64,000 nucleotides of DNA, taken from contig CBDBHR010000030.1 in NCBI GenBank assembly GCA_965205865.1, positions 1,216,001-1,280,000 on the forward strand, given 5' to 3'. Positions 39,213-49,317 of this stretch are shown here, one piece after another. Below the pieces are notes generated by a model. It was not told the origin of the DNA. It saw only the letters and a list, made by a program, of their open reading frames with translations, and did no database searches. The stretch is from a bacterium (GTDB taxonomy: Bacteria > SAR324 > NAC60-12). The translations under genes were made by a program, and so were the position numbers. Position 1 is the first letter of the stretch. The number at the start of each line of letters is the position of its first letter.

Positions 39213-39446
39213 CAAAAAATTAGAGGTGGCTGCATTTAAGGAGAAGCCTTGGAATCTCTGTAAAAATCCCCCTAATTCTGTCAGCTCTCTCTTGTTACGA
39301 CATCCAACAATGAGTTCTAGTTCTGTAATCACACTAATTCCTATCGAACTCTGAGCCTCAATTCGTTTCAAGTAATCAATGGCTTCCTGTACGTCTCTTC
39401 CAACATCAATGAGAATATCGGTATCAATCAAAATGATTTCTGCCAT
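39213..39446 (-). pseudogene. vapC: VapC/PIN-domain toxin, 3'-truncated
   Basis: ILIDTDILID...ISVITELELIVGCRNKRE PIN N-terminus. After about 75 aa it reads into the antisense strand of the permease pseudogene. Confidence 0.8.
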
Positions 39447-39598
39447 TTCTGGCTCTCCACTCTTGTTTTCTTACCCTTTGAACCCATGAGGAACTATCTT
39501 CCATATCTTTTCTATCTCTCCACATCCCCACAAATGCATCTTTTCCCAAATCTGAATAGTCGCCTTTTGATTGGTTTTGATACCGTTGAGCTAAAGAA
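39424..39598 (-). pseudogene. Antitoxin (DUF2281-like) C-terminal fragment, 5'-truncated
   Basis: ...AFVGMWRDRKDMEDSSSWVQRVRKQEW overlaps the vapC start; no start codon of its own. Confidence 0.65.
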
Positions 39599-40046
39599 TT
39601 ATGGTTAACAAGAGCAGCAGCCCCGGGAAGGCCATCCAGGCATCGACAAAGCGCTGCACCGCCAGGTCCCATTTCCCTCCCAGAAACCCCGAAATGCCAC
39701 CGATGAGGAGCGCGACGATGACATTGAGCGCCGTGGCGGCCAGACCGACGGTTAAGGAAATGCGAGCCCCGACGATCAGGCGGCTCAACAAGTCACGCCC
39801 CGTATGGTCGGTCCCCAGCAGATACTGAGCGGAGGGACCAGTCAGCCGATCGGCCATGCGCATTTTCTTATAGGGATAAGGGGCCAACTCATCGGCAAAG
39901 ATCGCCACCAGAATCAAGAGCAAGACGATCATCCCGCAGGCCGTACCCAGGGGCTGCTCCTTGAGCAGCCTGATCAGGAAATCCGCCAGCCGGGAACGTC
40001 TCTTTGGCTTACGGGTGGGGGATGGTGTTTCTTGGGTGTTGTTCAT
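39591..40046 (-). pseudogene. DppC/OppC-like permease, 3' half missing, cassette 3
   Basis: Matches the first ~150 aa of 8765-9733 and breaks at PGLLLLLTI, where the AT-rich toxin-antitoxin fragment begins. Confidence 0.85.
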
Positions 40047-40342
40047 GATTTAGGTATTTATTTTAGGCTGAAGGCTGAAGACCGAAGATTAGGTATTTAG
40101 GCTGGTTGACCGACAAATCTCACACAATTCTCTTAAATTTAGAACTCAATTCTCGTTATTGTCATTCCTGGCTTGCCCAGGAATCCACCGGGCTGGCGTT
40201 CCAGGGGGCTTACCGACTTTTCCTAGATCCCGGATCAAGTCCGGGATGACACAAAAAGGGTTAATTACTTCGTAACACCTGTACTAGTAGGCTGAGGATT
40301 GAAGTTTAGACTGATGCCCTAACAGTCTTCAGCTAAACCCCT
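40047..40342. repeat. Composite intergenic insert: degenerate heptamer tracts, TGTCAT doublet (40160-40251) and MITE end (40258-40287)
   Basis: TTAGGTATT/AGGCTGA-type units at both sides; TGTCATTCCTGGCTTGCCCAGGAATCCA...AGATCCCGGATCAAGTCCGGGATGACA. Confidence 0.75.
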
Positions 40343-41350
40343 TTATTTATACCGAACCCTGGGGTCCAGGAAAGCATAAATCACGTCGATGAGGAGATTG
40401 ATCCCCAAAACCGTGGCAGCAAAAACCAGGTTTATTGCGGAGATTACCGGGTAGTTTCTGTTATTGAGGGCATCGACAAACATACGGCCTATCCCTGGCA
40501 GAACAAATATTTTTTCCATGATAACGGAGCCCCCGATCAGGAGGGGGAGTTGCAGGCCGACGAGCGTCACTACCGGGATGAATGCATTCTTGATGGCGTG
40601 TCCGATAATAATCACCCGTTCCTTGAGACCCTTCGACCAAGCCGTCCTGATATAGTCCTGCCTGAGCACCTCCAGCATCATGGTGCGCGTCATCCGCATG
40701 GTGGCGGCAGCCATGCCCGTCCCCAGAATCACGGCCGGAATGAGGAACATGCCGAAATTCCCCAGTGGGTTTTCCGTGAAGGTGATCAGCTCCACCGATG
40801 GCGACCAGCCCCACCAGATGGCCGGGTAGAGCATGACCATAACGGCCAGCCAAAAATTCGGCGCTGCCAGGCCGATGACGGCGACGGTGCGCCCTACGTA
40901 GTCGGTGGCGGTATCCTGGCGAACCGCCGAGTAGATACCGACAGGCAGGGCGATGACGAGCCCGATGACGATGGCCATGGTCCCAAGCTCGAGGGTGACC
41001 GGCAATCTACCGATGAGCTTCTCCCCTATCGACCAATAGCCACGCAGTGAGTGGCCAAGGCTGCCTTGGAGGAGACCTTTAAAGTGGGGCTCACCGGTAG
41101 GCCAGCCAGGAGTCGGCAACACTCCTATCCAGCGTCCGTACTGCACGTAGACAGGCACGTCCAGTCCCAGCATACGCTCAAGCGCTTCGCGGTCTATATC
41201 GGCACCCGCGGCATACCATACTTCCATCTCAGCCACCATGGCGTCTATTATATTGCCTGGGAAGAAGCGTACCGCGAGAAAGACTATGATGGTCAATAGA
41301 AACAAGGTGGGGATGATCAGCAATAACCGCCTGATGAGATAGGTTCTCAT
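40343..41350 (-). CDS. ABC transporter permease, DppB/OppB-like, cassette 3
   Basis: Paralogue of the other two permease B genes; QDYIRTAWSKGL. Confidence 0.92.
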   Translation of the reverse strand: MRTYLIRRLLLIIPTLFLLTIIVFLAVRFFPGNIIDAMVAEMEVWYAAGADIDREALERMLGLDVPVYVQYGRWIGVLPTPGWPTGEPHFKGLLQGSLGHSLRGYWSIGEKLIGRLPVTLELGTMAIVIGLVIALPVGIYSAVRQDTATDYVGRTVAVIGLAAPNFWLAVMVMLYPAIWWGWSPSVELITFTENPLGNFGMFLIPAVILGTGMAAATMRMTRTMMLEVLRQDYIRTAWSKGLKERVIIIGHAIKNAFIPVVTLVGLQLPLLIGGSVIMEKIFVLPGIGRMFVDALNNRNYPVISAINLVFAATVLGINLLIDVIYAFLDPRVRYK

Positions 41351-41423
41351 GTGTTGTTGCCCCAAGTATGGGAGCTGGGAAGCGCGCTCGCAAGCGATAG
41401 CCTCCAGGCTCTCTTTTTCCTCA

Positions 41424-43313
41424 CTACTTCCCCATGGCGTTCTTCAGCTCACTATCAATCCAGATGCGGGCCAGGTGGGTATTACGTTCACCCCATCCCA
41501 TACCCGCTTCACCGAAATAACCCTGGACCCACGGCTGGCTCACAGCAAAAGTAGGTGAGTTGGATTTGTTTAGGCCCCAGTGCTCCCTGACAGTGATCTC
41601 ATCGACCTGTCTCATAATACTCTTCAACTCCTCAATGTCGGTAGTTTTTTGGGCGGCATTATACAGGGCGTCCATTCGCGGGTCCTTCGCTTTGTTGTAG
41701 CTCCAGCTACCAATGTTTTGGTTTACCGACCCAATCCGCCAGATTAGGTTGCCGTAGCCTAAAACTAGCTCCATATATCCCCCACTCGGTAAGTGCCACT
41801 CGTGCGTGTCCGCTATTTGCAGCTCCAGACTCAGGTGTAGTCAGTATAACAAGCTCGCTTTCAACGCCAATGGCGTCGAAGTACCCCATGAGGATTTCCG
41901 GATAGGTCGGATCGTACCTGTCGTGCAGGGCTAGCTTGACCTTGAATCTATAGCCGTCGGCGCCGCGTGGATATCCAGACTCATCAAGTAACGCTTCTGC
42001 CCCTGCCGGGTCATACATATAGCCTTTCTTGACGTCTTCGGGCCAGTCTTCATATGGCCAGTAATACCCTACCTCGGATTGATATATTAACCCACTAGGT
42101 GTTGGATCTCCATAACCCTTAAAGTAGGTAGCGGCAATTGACTCGCGGTCCACTGACATCTGCAGTGCCTTGCGCACATTGACGTCGTCAACGGGCGGCA
42201 AAGCCCAGTTAAAATAGAAAACGCCCTGTGGCGTCTTATAACTGGGCCACACATCGATTTCAGGGTTGGTCTGCTGGAGGCTCTCTACATCGTCGATAGA
42301 GGATATAAAAGCGTCGCCGACGTTGCTCATCATATCAATCTTGCCCGTGCGCAGTGCTGTCAGACGTGTTGACATGTCCGGCATCAGTAGGGACCTGTAC
42401 TCGTCAATATAGGGTAGGCGGTTCTGCGGGTATTTTTCGTCGTAGCCCCAGTAGTTAGGATTCTTTTCCCAGGTTGCCGAGCTGCCCTCCACGAAATCAG
42501 TCAGTCTCAAAGGCCCGGTGCCGACCAGGTTCCTCCAATCCTTAGCGTCGCCGTATTGCTCGATTTGCTCGGGGGCGTGCGCTATCCAGTAGTTTTGGAG
42601 CATACCCCACGGCACCATGAGTTGAGGCTTCGTCAGCTTAATCTCAACCGTCCACTTGTCGGTGGCCGTTACCGATTCAATCTCTACACCCCAGGTGACA
42701 GCAAATACACACGTGGCGCAAGGTCCGTCTTCGCTGAAATCGCCCAGACCCAAATAGTGGTGATAGTTCCATTCGACGTCATAGGCATCGAACTCCCGAC
42801 CGTTCACCGGCGCCTTATCGTCCCAGTGAACGCCCTTGCGGATGTTCCAGATCCACGTTGTGGCGTCTTAATATTGGGCATTGACCAGCTTTCAGCCAGA
42901 TTCCCTCTAGTCATCTCTGGGCGCACAACCACGTATAAGTCAACGTGCTTTTCCCTGGATAGTCCCCAGTCGGCGAAGGATAGCCCCTCAGTAACGCCAC
43001 TGATGAGGTGGTGCGCCCAGCCACCAGCCCACCACACGTCGGTATTCTCAGGAAAGACCGTAGCAGCCCACGTGAGTGTCCCGCCATACTCTGGCGCGGT
43101 CCACGTCCTGCCGGTGGCGGGATCTTTTACCATCTCTTTGTCAGCAGCCACGGCTGCCGGGCTGACCCAGAGGGCGGCCACCATCAGGGTGAAGGTGAGC
43201 AACAAGGGTTGCATCCCCGCTTTTGCGAGGACAAGCTTTTGTACAGCAGACAAAGAGCCTGCCGGGTTCAGCCTCGCGATGGAGGCGACAAATTATTTCA
43301 TAATAGAAAACAT
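41424..43313 (-). pseudogene. Family 5 substrate-binding protein pseudogene, cassette 3
   Basis: Three ORF pieces (42804-43253, 41707-42807, 41424-41774) are colinear with SBP1 and SBP2. In-frame TAA at 43293-43295, a 5-nt insertion near 42870 and a frameshift near 41815. Confidence 0.88.
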
Positions 43314-43510
43314 AGGAACCTCTCTAAATTGAGGGTTTTGAGAACGATTCACCCGACATGGGGCGAATCGGATTTTTGCGGCAGACACGACGTTTGCCAC
43401 GGTCAGCCCAAGGAAGCGGGCCAGAAATTTCTTAAGATATATAGGAACCTCGCTTGCTAAAGATAATGCTCGTTTCATAACTACCTTCTTATATGATTTG
43501 TAAACGTGAA

Positions 43511-43997
43511 GTGTAACTATTCAGGTCTCTGAAAAACCTGTTTAGTTAAATGTCGTGTAACTATTCAGGTCTCTGAAAAACCCGTTTAGTTCAATATCGG
43601 TGAAAAAAGATTCCCGAGGAGGATCCATCACTTCACTTCCTCCCGCACCTATTTTGAATCGAACGGGCGGGAACCCTCCCAAGATTTTGTTCAATCAATC
43701 AAGTGGGAACCCTCCCACGATATTGTTCAATCGGGCGGGAACCCTCTCCTTCACTAAAACAACTTCTACTTCGAGTGCTTCAATACATTTGAGGAGTTCT
43801 AATCGCTCTTGCTTCCATTGGTCCCGTTCTATTTCAAAGAGTTGACATGCTTCTTGAAAAGCCTCAAGGTGGGGAGTCGATGAAAGGGGATCAATATATT
43901 TTTGAACTTTCGAGAGCATAAAATCCTTTCCGGATTTTATGCTACGAAAAATGCGCGCCAAAATCGAAGGGGTCTCTAAAGAAGCCTGAATAGTTAC
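43511..43997 (-). mobile_element. IS66-like non-autonomous element with one end tandemly duplicated
   Basis: Perfect 13-bp TIR GTAACTATTCAGG (43513 and again 43557, a 44-bp tandem duplication) paired with CCTGAATAGTTAC (43985-43997). Contains a short coiled-coil ORF (43695-43919) and three GGGAACCCTC repeats. No TSD seen. Confidence 0.6.
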
Positions 43998-44183
43998 CCC
44001 AATTTAAATGAAATTCGATTTTGACAAACCCATAGAGTGCCAAGGGATCGGGTCCTTCAGATGGAAATTCATGATGATTCGAACGCGTTGACTTCACCGG
44101 CCCACGCAATTTATTGGAAGAAGCGCTGTGACGGATCAAACGGGCAGTGGACCAATCATCAACGTGAATAGTAGAAAGAAAGC

Positions 44184-44723
44184 ATGGCAGAGATTTGGAT
44201 TTTTGGATATGGATCGTTGATCTGGAATCCGGGGTTCACCTTCAAAGAGCAACAGGTTGGCTATATCCGGGGATGGGCCCGCCGTTTCTTCCAAGGATCT
44301 ACCGATCATCGTGGCACTCCTGATACGCCGGGGCGGGTTGCCACTTTGGTGGCCGAACCCGGAGCCACCTGTTGGGGTATTGCCTATCAAATATCCGAAA
44401 ATGGCGTTGAGTCTGTGTTTAACTACCTCGATTATCGGGAAAAAGGAGGATTCGAGCGATATGTCGAGATTTTTCATGCGGTCCATCCAAAAAGGCAGTC
44501 CCTTGTTCATGAGGTGATCGTTTACGTGGCAAGACACGACAATCCCAATTACTTGGGACCGGCAGCGCTGACGGAGATGGCCCATCAAATTTTTCATTCC
44601 ACCGGACCCAGTGGTCCGAATGTCGAATATCTGGTAAAGCTGGCTGACAGTTTGCGTTCCTTGGGTGTCGTGGACGACCATGTTTTCGAATTGGAGCAAC
44701 ACGTCCATGCACTTGCCGGATAA
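44184..44723 (+). CDS. chaC: ChaC-like glutathione-specific gamma-glutamylcyclotransferase
   Basis: WIFGYGSLIW, DHRGTP..PGRVATL, LDYREK and GPSGPN.EY motifs. Confidence 0.92.
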   Translation: MAEIWIFGYGSLIWNPGFTFKEQQVGYIRGWARRFFQGSTDHRGTPDTPGRVATLVAEPGATCWGIAYQISENGVESVFNYLDYREKGGFERYVEIFHAVHPKRQSLVHEVIVYVARHDNPNYLGPAALTEMAHQIFHSTGPSGPNVEYLVKLADSLRSLGVVDDHVFELEQHVHALAG

Positions 44724-44746
44724 CAGACAGGCCAAAGGAGTTTCCA

Positions 44747-45583
44747 ATGCTCAGCGAAAGCCAACTGTTCACTTTCATAGGCGAGGATCGTAAATTTGCT
44801 CTCTATTTTTTGGAGGGTCAAAAATTGATCTACGATCTGCTCCTCACCCACCGGTTGAGACAAGCCGGTATTTCCTATTTTCGATCGGCGGTGCTCAGTA
44901 TCCAACTGATGCTCGGATTGTTGAAAAAGGGAGAACATTTTTGTTTTTATATTGATTCCGAAACCCCGTATTTCCGTCTCAAAATCGAAATGAATGCCGC
45001 AGGTCTGATGCGGGGAATGCTTTATCCAAATAAACTCCACGCCGTACCCGGTCCCATCCAAGGGCAGGTGCGGCTTGTCAAATTTTTTCCTTATTCGGAA
45101 CGACCGTATCAGTCCACCTTGGAAGTGCGGGACGTTGATGAAAACGAAATCATCAACCATGTGCTTGCGCAATCCTATCAAGTCAACAGCCGGATCAGCA
45201 TTTCCAGCCACAGTGACCAAAGTTTCATGCTGCATCAATTGCCGTTGACCGCCCAGGAAAATCCATCAGACCTGACAGAAGCCTTCAACCAGTGCCATCA
45301 CCCCTTGCGCAAAATTATGGCAAAGGGATTGTCTGATAATGAAACCCTCCAAGAAGAATTTGAAAAAATCGGATTTCATTATCTGGCAAAAAAAACCGTA
45401 CAATTTAAATGTGGATGCTCGCAAGAACAGATGATCGACAATGTTAAAAAATTTGCCACAAATGGGAACACCGAGCTATTCCCGTCCGGAGAAGATACTG
45501 TCGAGGTGGTGTGTGAGTATTGCAAAGTGGCCTATCACATCACTCAGCGGAATATTCAGGAACACTCCACTGATCCTAGTTGA
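44747..45583 (+). CDS. hslO: Hsp33 family redox-regulated chaperone
   Basis: C-terminal CxC...CxxC zinc motif (CGCS...CEYC); 278 aa. Confidence 0.8.
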   Translation: MLSESQLFTFIGEDRKFALYFLEGQKLIYDLLLTHRLRQAGISYFRSAVLSIQLMLGLLKKGEHFCFYIDSETPYFRLKIEMNAAGLMRGMLYPNKLHAVPGPIQGQVRLVKFFPYSERPYQSTLEVRDVDENEIINHVLAQSYQVNSRISISSHSDQSFMLHQLPLTAQENPSDLTEAFNQCHHPLRKIMAKGLSDNETLQEEFEKIGFHYLAKKTVQFKCGCSQEQMIDNVKKFATNGNTELFPSGEDTVEVVCEYCKVAYHITQRNIQEHSTDPS

Positions 45584-45727
45584 GGCCCTTGCTTGTACCG
45601 CTTACTCGGAGTTTCGTGGTATGGCGGCGACAAAACGAAAGTGACAGTGAGATTAAAAAAAGTTATCACATATTGGTGATACGTAATTTCTCTGAAAACG
45701 TCTTCAATTTTTATCGTCCACTCGATT

Positions 45728-46438
45728 ATGACAGCAAAAACGATATCAAATATACTGAGGGATCTTGGTAATCCTTCAATTGCGGAACATTCTCAACGTT
45801 TTTTTAAGACCGCTGAAGGCGAGTACGGCGCAGGCGATCGATTTCTCGGTATCCGGGTTCCCCTGCTCAGGGCGCAGGTCAAAAAACACAAAAAAACACC
45901 ACGCCACGAAATATTGCAACTACTCCACTCGCCCTTTCATGAAGAACGATTGTTTGCCCTATTGTTGTTTGTGGAGCAATTCAAACGGGGAGATTCTGAG
46001 GAAAAAACCGCCATCTATCAACTGTACCTGAAGCACACCCGATACATCAATAATTGGGATTTGGTGGACTGTTCCGCGCACCATATCGTGGGTCCCTATT
46101 TAGAAGGCAAAGACAGGCAGATCCTTTATGATTTGGCGCGGTCCGAAAATCTGTGGGAGCGAAGGATTGCAATCATGGCGACATTGTACCGGATCCGAAA
46201 GAACGAATTTGCGGATGCGCTCGAGATTGCCGACATGCTGCGGCAGGACAGAGAAGATTTGATTCACAAGTCGGTGGGCTGGATGCTCAGAGAAATTGGC
46301 AAGCGAAATCAAAAGGTTGAAGAAACCTTTCTAAAGAAGCACTACCAAACCATGCCTCGTACCATGTTACGTTACGCGGTCGAAAAATTTCCTGAACAAA
46401 AACGGCAACTGTATTTGAGAGGAATGCCATTGGATTGA
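45728..46438 (+). CDS. AlkD-like DNA alkylation repair protein
   Basis: FLGIRVP, INNWDLVD, LWERR, KSVGWMLREIGKR and MPRTMLRYA.EK motifs. Confidence 0.9.
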   Translation: MTAKTISNILRDLGNPSIAEHSQRFFKTAEGEYGAGDRFLGIRVPLLRAQVKKHKKTPRHEILQLLHSPFHEERLFALLLFVEQFKRGDSEEKTAIYQLYLKHTRYINNWDLVDCSAHHIVGPYLEGKDRQILYDLARSENLWERRIAIMATLYRIRKNEFADALEIADMLRQDREDLIHKSVGWMLREIGKRNQKVEETFLKKHYQTMPRTMLRYAVEKFPEQKRQLYLRGMPLD

Positions 46439-46472
46439 GACCTCGTGACAATTCCCACTTGTCCGTTGTTGT

Positions 46473-47552
46473 TTACTTTGCTTTCTTGAGTTTGGTGAAG
46501 CTATCGCTTGGCTTTTCCCGGGAAACGACTCCACGCAAAAGCCGTCCCAACAGATCAGCTCCTGTGATAATTCGTTTTTCCTCCCCCCAAAAGAGAATCA
46601 GATCTTTGTCAATCACATCATCTTCAGCATGTTCCGGATTGACTTTGAAGTTCTGAATCACCTGTCCCAGGGTTTTCTGGGAATCGTATACTACAAGCGG
46701 GTGATGACAGTAGCGGTAGGGATCCAATTCTTCTTTTATTTGATAGAGGACGTCTTTTAAAAAGGCACAGGCATTCAGTACTAACTTTGGCGCACCTTCG
46801 AGGTCCGTGAGGATGACCCATTTCTTATGGGAAGCATAGACACTTTGCAAGAAAGGATCGGCCGGATTCCGGGCGAACTCCGGAAAAAGGGGTAAATCGA
46901 TACCCAAGGGCAGGGCAATAATGCTTTGAGGATGAACGGGCTCGCCTTCTTGGGTCATTTTAAGATCATCCAAATATAAAAAATTCAGCGCACCCAAACC
47001 CTCGAGTCTGCCAATATCGGATTCTTCCGCATGGACGTGTTTTTTCAGAAACTGCTTGAAGCTGCTTTCCCGGATATACTGAATACCCTCTGGGCCCAAC
47101 CACCAGTCTAAAAACAGGGCGGAAGGTTTGGCAACCGGCCACAACAAATACTCATAAATCCGCACCAGCGGCGCAAAAAAAGCTCCCAGTCTGAGAGCAT
47201 TACGGGAAGAATAAGCTTGTGGCAGGATCTCACCAAATAAAGTGATTCCCACAGAAGAAAAAAGAAAGGCGCTGACCCCAGCCATCACCGAATCGGACAA
47301 CAACGTCAGCAATACATTAATGCTCACGTTTCCCCAAAGCAAAGTCGTGAGCAGCAGATTGAAATCCTTACGCATTTCCAAAACAACAGCAGCATGGGCA
47401 TTGCCTGCTTCCGCTTCGGACTCCAGCCTGAGACGATTGATACCGAGAATGCCCAAATTGAGACCGGAAAACATGGCCGACTGGGTCAGGCACAACGCAA
47501 TCCCGATCCAGGTCATCCAAGTGGTCGTTTTGATTTCAAAAATAAAATCCAT
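46473..47552 (-). CDS. CNNM/DUF21 domain membrane protein
   Basis: SAMFSGL.LG, LLTTLLWGN and FGEILPQA motifs. Confidence 0.85.
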   Translation of the reverse strand: MDFIFEIKTTTWMTWIGIALCLTQSAMFSGLNLGILGINRLRLESEAEAGNAHAAVVLEMRKDFNLLLTTLLWGNVSINVLLTLLSDSVMAGVSAFLFSSVGITLFGEILPQAYSSRNALRLGAFFAPLVRIYEYLLWPVAKPSALFLDWWLGPEGIQYIRESSFKQFLKKHVHAEESDIGRLEGLGALNFLYLDDLKMTQEGEPVHPQSIIALPLGIDLPLFPEFARNPADPFLQSVYASHKKWVILTDLEGAPKLVLNACAFLKDVLYQIKEELDPYRYCHHPLVVYDSQKTLGQVIQNFKVNPEHAEDDVIDKDLILFWGEEKRIITGADLLGRLLRGVVSREKPSDSFTKLKKAK

Positions 47553-47671
47553 GGCCTTATGCAATCCTCGTATACACAATTACTAGCATGACATTTTCAT
47601 TTGATCAATACAATCTCAATCTTGAGATAGTGGCTTTCCACTGCTTGAATGGCATTTCACCAATTTTTTCC

Positions 47672-48265
47672 TCAGGGAAGTCCAAAGGGTGGGTCGGTGC
47701 AGGGAGACGCTTTCCACTGGGGATTGCGCAAGCTGGTCATAAAGTGGCATTCCCATCTTCCGTTGATCCTGAGATAATTTTCTTCCTGCCCGTTTATTTG
47801 AAATCCCAAACGTTTCAAGAGCCGGGCGCTCCTGTTGTTGCGGGGAATGTAGCTGGCTTCGATACGATGAAAATTCAACTGCTTGAAGATGAAATGAATC
47901 GCTGTTTCCAAGGATTCGACCATCATCCCTTTGCCTTCATAATTTTGATCGATTTTGTATCCCAAGCGGCACGATTGGAAAGCGCCACGCTCAAAATTAG
48001 TGAAATTGATCATCCCAATCATTTTTTTTGAGGACGATTCGTAAATATTCAAGCGCATTGATTTATCTTCCAGAAATTCTTGACGAACCTGCAGGATCGT
48101 ATTTCTCCAAAAGCGGATCGTATAGTATTCCTCATGTTTGAGCGGTTCCCAAGGTGCTAAATGGGTTTCGTTTTTTCTGCAAAATGTCATCATGTCGGCA
48201 GCCTCCCTGACTTCAGGAAAGCGCAGGGTGAGACGTTTTGTTTTAAGAATAGGGAAAGGCGTCAT
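47672..48265 (-). CDS. RimJ/RimL-type GNAT acetyltransferase
   Basis: HLAPWEP, GAFQSCRLGY, HRIEASYIPRN.RS..LL..LGF and YLRINGRW..H motifs. Confidence 0.88.
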   Translation of the reverse strand: MTPFPILKTKRLTLRFPEVREAADMMTFCRKNETHLAPWEPLKHEEYYTIRFWRNTILQVRQEFLEDKSMRLNIYESSSKKMIGMINFTNFERGAFQSCRLGYKIDQNYEGKGMMVESLETAIHFIFKQLNFHRIEASYIPRNNRSARLLKRLGFQINGQEENYLRINGRWECHFMTSLRNPQWKASPCTDPPFGLP

Positions 48266-48664
48266 CTTTTCTCAGTCCGGTAAAATATGACAAATGACGG
48301 ACTCAGCGTCCTCCTTTTAAACGTCATACGGTCGATATGCCTTGGTGGGCGTCTTCCGGTCATTGCGTTTCTTGAACAAATTCCTCTGGCTTCTCCAATT
48401 CAATACCGGTATGATTTTTCAATTGACATGCGAGCACTCATCACGGTCGAGTCACGCAAAACTCAAGAATGAGCAGTCCGGGATATGAATAAAAACGTCC
48501 GCTGACGTATCCGCATTATGCGGGAAAAAAAACAGAAAATGCAATACTCGATATCCCGTCCCGTGTCTTCGACATGCAATGGGATTGTACCTGCAACAAA
48601 CTGATTTTGGGCAACAATTTTAACCGGGTTAACTATCACAGCGCATCAACGCGGAATTTGAGCA

Positions 48665-49312
48665 ATGAAAGAAATGAATGATAGAGGACCCACCCGCTTT
48701 ATTTTTGTGCGTCATGGACAAACTGAATGGAATGCGCGGGAAATCTGGCAGGGGCATCAAGACAGTCCACTGACGCAAAGAGGGCATCAGCAAGTTGCCG
48801 CTTTAGGGACGCGCATGAAAACGATGGAGTTTGACTGTCTTTACAGCAGTGACTTGGGCAGGGCCTGGCAAACCGCACAATCGATTGCAAAAGCGACGGG
48901 ACATTCGATTGCCGGAGAATTCTTCCTGCGGGAAAAAAATCTGGGCATATTTGAAGGACACGACACCGAACGACTCTTGGAACTCTACCCGGCAGAATAT
49001 GAGCAATTTCATACCTTTGATCCCGACTATGTCATTCCTCATGGAGAGAGCATCCGCCAATTTTTTAACCGCTCCGTAGCCGGATTTGAAACCTTGGCTG
49101 AGCGCCATCCTCAGCAAACCGTGGTTGTGGTTTCCCATGGTGGCGTCCTGGCAAATTTATTCCGCCATATTTTTGAACTCCCTTTGAAAATGCGCCAGCG
49201 TATCGATATTAAAAATACCAGTTTGAACGCCGTTTCCCACCTGGAAGGAAATTGGAGGCTTCATTTCTGGGGCGATATTGCGCATTTGGAAGGTCTGTCT
49301 TTCCTCTCCTGA
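48665..49312 (+). CDS. Histidine phosphatase (phosphoglycerate mutase family)
   Basis: RHGQT, YSSDL.RA.QT, LRE...G.FEG and VSHGG motifs. Confidence 0.92.
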   Translation: MKEMNDRGPTRFIFVRHGQTEWNAREIWQGHQDSPLTQRGHQQVAALGTRMKTMEFDCLYSSDLGRAWQTAQSIAKATGHSIAGEFFLREKNLGIFEGHDTERLLELYPAEYEQFHTFDPDYVIPHGESIRQFFNRSVAGFETLAERHPQQTVVVVSHGGVLANLFRHIFELPLKMRQRIDIKNTSLNAVSHLEGNWRLHFWGDIAHLEGLSFLS

Positions 49313-49317
49313 AACAG

